Source: Vibrio alginolyticus NBRC 15630 = ATCC 17749 (GTDB lineage: Bacteria; Pseudomonadota; Gammaproteobacteria; Enterobacterales; Vibrionaceae). From it: DNA of 32,000 nt. Under the pieces are notes generated by a model. The model saw only the letters and a list, made by a program, of their open reading frames with translations, made no database searches and was not told where the DNA came from. Position numbers and translations under genes: made by a program. Position 1 is the stretch's first letter. Each line of letters opens with the position of its first letter. Shown here in pieces: positions 27,399-32,000 of this stretch. The DNA is taken from NCBI RefSeq assembly GCF_000354175.2, contig NC_022349.1, positions 540,001-572,000 of the forward strand, in the 5' to 3' direction.

Positions 27399-27621
27399 TT
27401 TTTTCGACGACTTTCTCTACTTCCACTACTTTTTCTACTTCAACGATCTTCTCAACTGGTTTCTCAACCTCGACGATTTTCTCGACTGGTTTTTCTACCA
27501 CTTTCTCGACCACTTTTGATTTGCGCGACACTGCAACTAGAAGAAGCAAAACGCTCGATGCGGTTAGGCCAGCGTGAAGCATATCGAACGTTTGAGGAAT
27601 TAGGTTCAAATCAATGTTCAT
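27385..27621 (-). CDS. Small membrane-anchor ORF (78 aa): one TM helix plus a (V/I)VEK-type charged repeat; likely the N-terminal part of the DUF2760 protein, displaced by 1 nt
   Basis: MNIDLNLIPQTFDMLHAGLTASSVLLLLVAVSRKSK is followed by VVEKVVEKPVEKIVEVEKPVEKIVEVEKVVEVEKVVEK and then SGGS-stop. It overlaps the next ORF by 14 nt in a different frame. Confidence 0.6.
   Translation of the reverse strand: MNIDLNLIPQTFDMLHAGLTASSVLLLLVAVSRKSKVVEKVVEKPVEKIVEVEKPVEKIVEVEKVVEVEKVVEKSGGS
27390..27513 (-). repeat. In-frame tandem coding repeat (12-18 nt sub-units; 30-nt unit KPVEKIVEVE x2) encoding the V/I-E-K(-P) spacer
   Basis: Direct reading gives GTCGAGAAAATCGTCGAGGTTGAGAAACCA followed by GTTGAGAAGATCGTTGAAGTAGAAAAAGTA, and so on. 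The periodicity also creates the artefactual + strand 'FSTSTTFSTST' ORFs. Confidence 0.8.
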
Positions 27622-27912
27622 GACGTTTTTTCTCTTTCTATTGATTTATTGGTGCTCAGTATTGGCTCATATTTGTTCACTAAAACGATCGTCTTTGCGA
27701 TCTTGCACCAAGTTTAGACATTAAAATGATGACGGATGGTAGCATATTCAAGGCTTAAGGCTGTAATAATTCGTGACTATACCGTACGAACAGCGTGAAA
27801 AATCGACGATCAGACTCCCCAATATAGGTTGTTGCTTGATGTTTGTGCATTGCTAACGCAGTATTTCAATAGATCCCGAAGTTTAACTTACGGAAGTATC
27901 AAAAATTACGAT

Positions 27913-29454
27913 ATGACACAAAGCACCGCTCATAAGAGCTTTATAAAACGACATTCAGACTCTATTTTAGCTTTTTTGGCGACTTTATGTGTCACTGCTG
28001 GTGTAGTAGGTGCTGCTTATACAATGCAGCAACGGTATACACAGACGACGTTTGATACTTTAGCCGACCGACAAGCAGAATCACTTAAAGCAAACGTCGA
28101 GAATGATCTAAAGTTCATTGGTGCGGGCGCAAACTTTTTCCATTCGATTGAGCGAAGCTATTGGCCATCGTTTCCCATGTATGCGGAACAAGTGATTAAT
28201 AGCTCGCGAAGTCTCATTGGACTTCAATGGATGCAAAAGGTCGAATTCGAAGATCTTGATGAACATATTTTAAAGACCCGTCAAAAATTTCCAAACTTCC
28301 AACCGTTTACCGTTCCTAAAGATGGTCCCAAAACCTACGGGTACATTTTTGAACACAATGAGCCAATTTTTATCGCGTCGGATATCTACCCAAGAACACC
28401 GGAAAACCTTTCTCTATTGGGTTTCTATTTTTCGCGCAAACGCTTCGATTTAATCTTGGATGATATTTCCGAAAATGGGCGAGCGAATGTCTCGGATAAA
28501 GTTCGCTTACTGCAAGATGGTTATGACAAGTCCATACCTAAGACTGGGTTGCTGGTGTTCCATCCAGTGTTCGACTTCGAGAACAAATATTTATTAGGAG
28601 TAGTGACCGGTGTTATCCGAAGTACGGTTTACTTTGAGGATTTGATTACGAAAACCGCGACGGAGCTCGATATGTCGGTGCGCGTAGAAGACTTGGGATT
28701 CGACGCAGCAGATGACCCTGTTCTCTTTCAAAGTGCTAGCTGGGATAACATTCGAGGAACCGTTATAAGCCGAACCATTCAACTGCCTAACCGTGAATGG
28801 CGTATTGACTTTAAACTTTCTGACGCAGTCTCAGCTTGGGAGCGTTCTATTTTAGCGGGCACGACGCTAGCCGGATTGGTAATCGCCTTTTTGATCAGTT
28901 GGATTGTGAATTTACAGTCTCGAGAAAAAGAGCGCTTAGCGGTCATGTTGGAGCTCAAAACCGTTGAATTAAAAAGAATGGCAGAGCGAGACCCTCTAAC
29001 TCAACTACTGAATCGCCGAGCATTCAACGATCACTTGCTTAATCAGATAAACAAAGGTGTTAACTTCGCCTTGGTTGGTTTTGATATCGACCACTTCAAA
29101 GTGATTAATGACAAACACGGCCATTTAGGTGGAGATGAAGCGTTGCAACATGTCACTAAGCTGGTCAGTGCTAATTTAAAACCGGGAGATAAGTTTTACC
29201 GCGCTGGTGGTGACGAGTTTTGTATTATTTCTAAAGTCATTGATAGAGCGGTGCTAGAAGCTTACCTAGAAAAGTTACGGAGTGTTGTGGCAAGTACGGC
29301 TTTTGATTATGGTGATGCGTCAATCATCTGTACGTTGAGTATCGGTGCGGTTATCCATAAAGAAGAAGATCCTGAGAGCTTGTATCACAAAATGGACAGT
29401 CAACTCTATTTGAGTAAAAAAAACGGCCGTAATAATGTGTCGATCGGCGATTAA
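27913..29454 (+). CDS. Membrane-bound diguanylate cyclase: TM - periplasmic CHASE-like domain - TM - coiled coil - GGDEF
   Basis: I prefer ATG 27913 (513 aa) over the TTG at 27829. CHASE-like blocks are LIGLQWMQKV…LLGFYFSRKRFDLILDDISENGRANVS…GLLVFHPVF. The GGDEF domain reads RDPLTQLLNRRAF…FDIDHFKVINDKHGHLGGDEAL…YRAGGDEF. Confidence 0.8.
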   Translation: MTQSTAHKSFIKRHSDSILAFLATLCVTAGVVGAAYTMQQRYTQTTFDTLADRQAESLKANVENDLKFIGAGANFFHSIERSYWPSFPMYAEQVINSSRSLIGLQWMQKVEFEDLDEHILKTRQKFPNFQPFTVPKDGPKTYGYIFEHNEPIFIASDIYPRTPENLSLLGFYFSRKRFDLILDDISENGRANVSDKVRLLQDGYDKSIPKTGLLVFHPVFDFENKYLLGVVTGVIRSTVYFEDLITKTATELDMSVRVEDLGFDAADDPVLFQSASWDNIRGTVISRTIQLPNREWRIDFKLSDAVSAWERSILAGTTLAGLVIAFLISWIVNLQSREKERLAVMLELKTVELKRMAERDPLTQLLNRRAFNDHLLNQINKGVNFALVGFDIDHFKVINDKHGHLGGDEALQHVTKLVSANLKPGDKFYRAGGDEFCIISKVIDRAVLEAYLEKLRSVVASTAFDYGDASIICTLSIGAVIHKEEDPESLYHKMDSQLYLSKKNGRNNVSIGD

Positions 29455-29536
29455 ATGGGCGCACAAATTCGAGTTTTACGCCGTGTTACGATAGAATCGC
29501 ACGCTTTAAATTTTATGTTAGGAACCAAGGCAAACT

Positions 29537-30067
29537 ATGAACCATAACCGTATTGTATGCTTCGATTTAGAAATGTGTTGCTGGAACGAAAATGGCGTCG
29601 GCAGCACGGGTGAAATTATCGAAGTGGGTTTAGCTGAAATAGATTTGTCTAAAGGTGAGATAGTCAAGCGTGCTCAATACTACGTGAAACCAGAACACGA
29701 TGAAGTGTCTCTGTTTTGCGCTGAGTTAACGGGCATCACACCACTTAAGATTGAAAAACAAGGACGCCCACTAGAAGAAGTGCTTAAATCTATGGTTAAG
29801 AACTTCGGTGGTCGCAACAAAATCTTTGCATCTTGGGGGCGAGATGACCTCATTCTTCTAGAAGAGTGTAAGCAAAAAGGTATTGAAGCACCGTTCACAG
29901 AGTTCATCAACTTAGCGACACTCTACCGTATTCAAAATCGTCTTAAAGATAAACGTATAGGCCATCGAGCCGCTCAAGAAGCAAAAGGAATAGACTGGGA
30001 AGGGCGTCAACACTCTGGCTATGTAGATGCATACAACTTAGCTAAGCTTGCTTTGACCATGTTTTAG
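29537..30067 (+). CDS. DEDDh-family 3'-5' exonuclease (KapD/ERI-1-like)
   Basis: 176 aa. Exo I is CFDLE, Exo II is WGRDDLILL, and Exo III is HSGYVDAYN (H-x4-D). Confidence 0.75.
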   Translation: MNHNRIVCFDLEMCCWNENGVGSTGEIIEVGLAEIDLSKGEIVKRAQYYVKPEHDEVSLFCAELTGITPLKIEKQGRPLEEVLKSMVKNFGGRNKIFASWGRDDLILLEECKQKGIEAPFTEFINLATLYRIQNRLKDKRIGHRAAQEAKGIDWEGRQHSGYVDAYNLAKLALTMF

Positions 30068-30201
30068 TTATTCGAACCTAGCTAGCTTGTAATTAAATTA
30101 TCATCCAACCATTGTTGTTTTGTCATGCAGTCTGTTTAGTGTGGAAAGAGCTAAACACATACCTTGACCAGTATTTTAATAACAATGTCGTTGGCTTATT
30201 G

Positions 30202-30228
30202 AAAAACGCGCAGAGTGCGCGTTTTTTT
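30202..30228. terminator. Rho-independent terminator (bidirectional A/T flanks)
   Basis: AAAAA-CGCGCA-GAG-TGCGCG-TTTTTTT. Confidence 0.7.
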
Positions 30229-30308
30229 ATGGCTACAGAAGCGATATCTGTTGTCATCCTAGGGGTAGCTTAGAGTTAGCCAGCGACTTATATACTCATC
30301 TCGTCACT

Positions 30309-30749
30309 TTACTGAGACTGTAACTTCGCTCGAATGAACTCGCTGTGATCAACATAGAGTAGCTCTGCTGTTTTACGGATCACCGCGTCTTCTAGCGGGT
30401 CAATTTCGCCGTCTGCGTAAGCGACTTCCCACATGCTTTTGATTAAGTTATAACGAGTTTCTTGAGTCAGTTCTCTTAGTTGAGAGGTAAAGTCGTACAG
30501 CGAAGCGGAATCTTTTATTTTCTGTTGCGCTTGCTCTAACAAAGTATTTGATTCTTCTTCATTTAACGAAAGCAGTTTCATCAATAAAGAGCGCTTTGTT
30601 TCTTGTTCTCTATCATCGACACTATGGTCTGCACCAGAAACTTCACAAAGCAAACACGCGATAGCCATGTTAGGGGAAAGTGTGTTGGTTTGGCTTAAAT
30701 CAGAGCCATCAATGAGTTGTTTAAATAATGATGTGAGAGAATTAAACAT
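30309..30749 (-). CDS. TerB-family (tellurite-resistance TerB-like) protein
   Basis: I prefer the start at M40 of the track ORF (ATG 30749, 147 aa). …AIACLLCEVSGADHSVDDREQE…LIKSMWEVAYADGEIDPLEDAVIRKTAELLYVDHSEFIRAK fits the TerB helical-bundle pattern. Confidence 0.7.
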   Translation of the reverse strand: MFNSLTSLFKQLIDGSDLSQTNTLSPNMAIACLLCEVSGADHSVDDREQETKRSLLMKLLSLNEEESNTLLEQAQQKIKDSASLYDFTSQLRELTQETRYNLIKSMWEVAYADGEIDPLEDAVIRKTAELLYVDHSEFIRAKLQSQ

Positions 30750-30895
30750 AATGAACACCGAGCTATTGTTTATTTGGTTAACATGGTAATAAATACGGAA
30801 GATCTCAAGGTGCGATACCAAATTTAGCACGCCGTTGACATTTAAGCACGGCCACTTTCTCCCCAAAAAACCTAAACTCCTGAGTTAGTTTAAGG

Positions 30896-30923
30896 TGACT
30901 TGCCTCTTACAAAGGGCAAGTCA
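30896..30923. terminator. Hairpin between the PhoD-like stop and the TerB-like promoter region
   Basis: TGACTTGCC-N10-GGCAAGTCA is a 9-bp stem. The T-run (ATTTT) is on the + strand, not on the strand of the gene it follows, so its function is uncertain. Confidence 0.35.
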
Positions 30924-30938
30924 TTTTGGGATTGATAC

Positions 30939-32000
30939 TCAGCTTTCAGCACGTGTCGGTGGAAAATGAACTTCGTCACCATCACTCGTCAGAATACTAA
31001 TTTGACTTGGTTTGCCTTCATCATCAAGACGTAGCTCACCAATGGCACTATGGTTAACCAAGCGATAAAAGTTGTGCGTACTTGGTGCGCGTTTGTAAAT
31101 CTTGAGTCGTTTACGTTTTGTGAACCAGTTTAAAGGTGAGCGAGGGCTGTATAGCAGTCTATCTAGGCCATCACAAATATTGAGCAGTTGTGTAGGGAAC
31201 TGATTTTTAATTCCACTACAGGTGATTTGATAGATATTCGGACTGTTTTTTCGATAGCGGAGCTTAATATCGTATGCAAAAGAGTAGTGTACGTCGCCAG
31301 AGAGAATAACAAAGTTAGTTGGTGTCTTTGTGTGTGTGAAAATACTAATAAGAGTATTCGCACTTCCGGGGTGAGCCATCCAGTTTTCAGCATCAACCAT
31401 CAATGGTTTACCAAGCATGGTCACCACACGTTGTAGTGCTTCGATAAATTTCACACCAAACATTGGCGCGGCAGAAACAATAACAACTTTGTCTTGGTGC
31501 ACGAGTTCTTGGTGGAACTCAATCATCGCTTCCCAGTCCATTAAGCCAGAAGGTTTGTTCATTTTAGACTCAGAACGCCAGCGTCTGGTTCGTGTATCTA
31601 GCACGACAACTTTTGGTGTCGTAGGAATGGTGTAGTGCCAATTCTCAAAGCGATACAAATATTGAATAAATGCATCTTGGGTTTGCGAGGTTCGCTCATC
31701 GATAAAGCGTTGAGCGAGGCTCATAAATTCATCATTGAATTTTTCTGGCGCATTTCCCCAACCTTGGCAAAGCCAGTAAGCAATCAAGCTATTACCGATA
31801 ATGCGTTTTGCAAACGTGTTGCTGTATGCGGCTTGTTCCCAGCCTATGGTGAGATTCCAATCGTCGGTGACATCGTGATCATCAAAGATCATATAGGTTG
31901 GAATGTGAGCGAGTAAGCGTTGAACCTTGTCCAGACCTGCGACGAATTTATCAATTTGTTTTTTTTCTTCGCGCCATTGCTGCTGCCATTTCGGTTCAAG
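30939..32000 (-). CDS. PhoD-like metallophosphatase (alkaline phosphatase D family), C-terminal part; the gene continues past the right edge
   Basis: …IFDDHDVTDDWN… and …LSGDVHYSFAY… are metallophosphoesterase motifs. My own translation upstream of the track ATG (31892) stays open for 36 more codons to position 32000 (LEPKWQQQWREEKKQIDKFVAGLDKVQRLLAHIPTY-MIFDDHD), so the true start is outside the window. Confidence 0.75.
   Translation of the reverse strand, partial: LEPKWQQQWREEKKQIDKFVAGLDKVQRLLAHIPTYMIFDDHDVTDDWNLTIGWEQAAYSNTFAKRIIGNSLIAYWLCQGWGNAPEKFNDEFMSLAQRFIDERTSQTQDAFIQYLYRFENWHYTIPTTPKVVVLDTRTRRWRSESKMNKPSGLMDWEAMIEFHQELVHQDKVVIVSAAPMFGVKFIEALQRVVTMLGKPLMVDAENWMAHPGSANTLISIFTHTKTPTNFVILSGDVHYSFAYDIKLRYRKNSPNIYQITCSGIKNQFPTQLLNICDGLDRLLYSPRSPLNWFTKRKRLKIYKRAPSTHNFYRLVNHSAIGELRLDDEGKPSQISILTSDGDEVHFPPTRAES

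Noticed and set aside
27390-27513. Possible CRISPR-like or non-coding tandem repeat
   Set aside because: The repeats are contiguous with no spacers, short (12-30 nt), imperfect, and maintain an open reading frame encoding a coherent E/K/V/P pattern. This is a coding repeat.
27238-27577. + strand ORFs with striking FSTSTTFSTSTIFSTGFSTS repeats
   Set aside because: They are the antisense reading of the (V/I)VEK coding repeat of the minus-strand anchor ORF. The periodicity is inherited, not independent.
1-32000. Looked for signs of a genomic island, prophage, integron or defence island (integrase, transposase, attC/IR ends, tRNA target, toxin-antitoxin pairs, restriction genes)
   Set aside because: None were found. 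Gene content is housekeeping or accessory-metabolic, with regular bidirectional terminators. The Hsp70/DUF2760 module therefore appears to be chromosomal core-like context rather than mobile cargo, though only comparative genomics can confirm this.

Overview
The window appears to be ordinary chromosomal DNA of a marine gamma-proteobacterium, probably Vibrionaceae. That assignment is an inference from gene content (MSHA-type pilin, fhuCDB-type iron locus, several c-di-GMP proteins) and is not verified. I found no integrase, transposase, CRISPR array, tRNA or rRNA. I support about 27 CDS. Left to right they are: a partial HD-domain protein (minus strand, absent from the ORF track), an Fe-alcohol dehydrogenase, a TyrP-like transporter with TyrR boxes, a degenerate GAF/HD-GYP protein, and a 72-aa ORF behind a near-perfect LexA box. 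Next come a Fur-box-preceded fhuC-fhuD-fhuB-like operon plus a TonB-dependent receptor, an orphan Lys-rich 182-aa protein, an MdlAB-like pair of half-ABC exporters, an orphan MshA-like pilin, and a GltS-like symporter. These are followed by a LysR regulator divergent from ABM-monooxygenase and Gfo/Idh/MocA genes, a divergent Tag-like glycosylase, and a small acidic ORF. The window ends with the Hsp70 module described below, a CHASE-GGDEF cyclase, a DEDDh exonuclease, a TerB-like protein and a partial PhoD-like phosphatase. The most interesting locus is a minus-strand operon at 22142-27621. It encodes a membrane anchor with a (V/I)VEK-type charged repeat, a DUF2760-like domain, and two mutually paralogous non-canonical Hsp70 ATPases, one carrying a ~320-aa Trp-rich tail. 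No J-protein or GrpE is present. The anchor and DUF2760 ORFs are separated only by a 1-nt frame difference in an A6 tract. All calls rest on reading the sequence and on motif recognition; no database search was possible.
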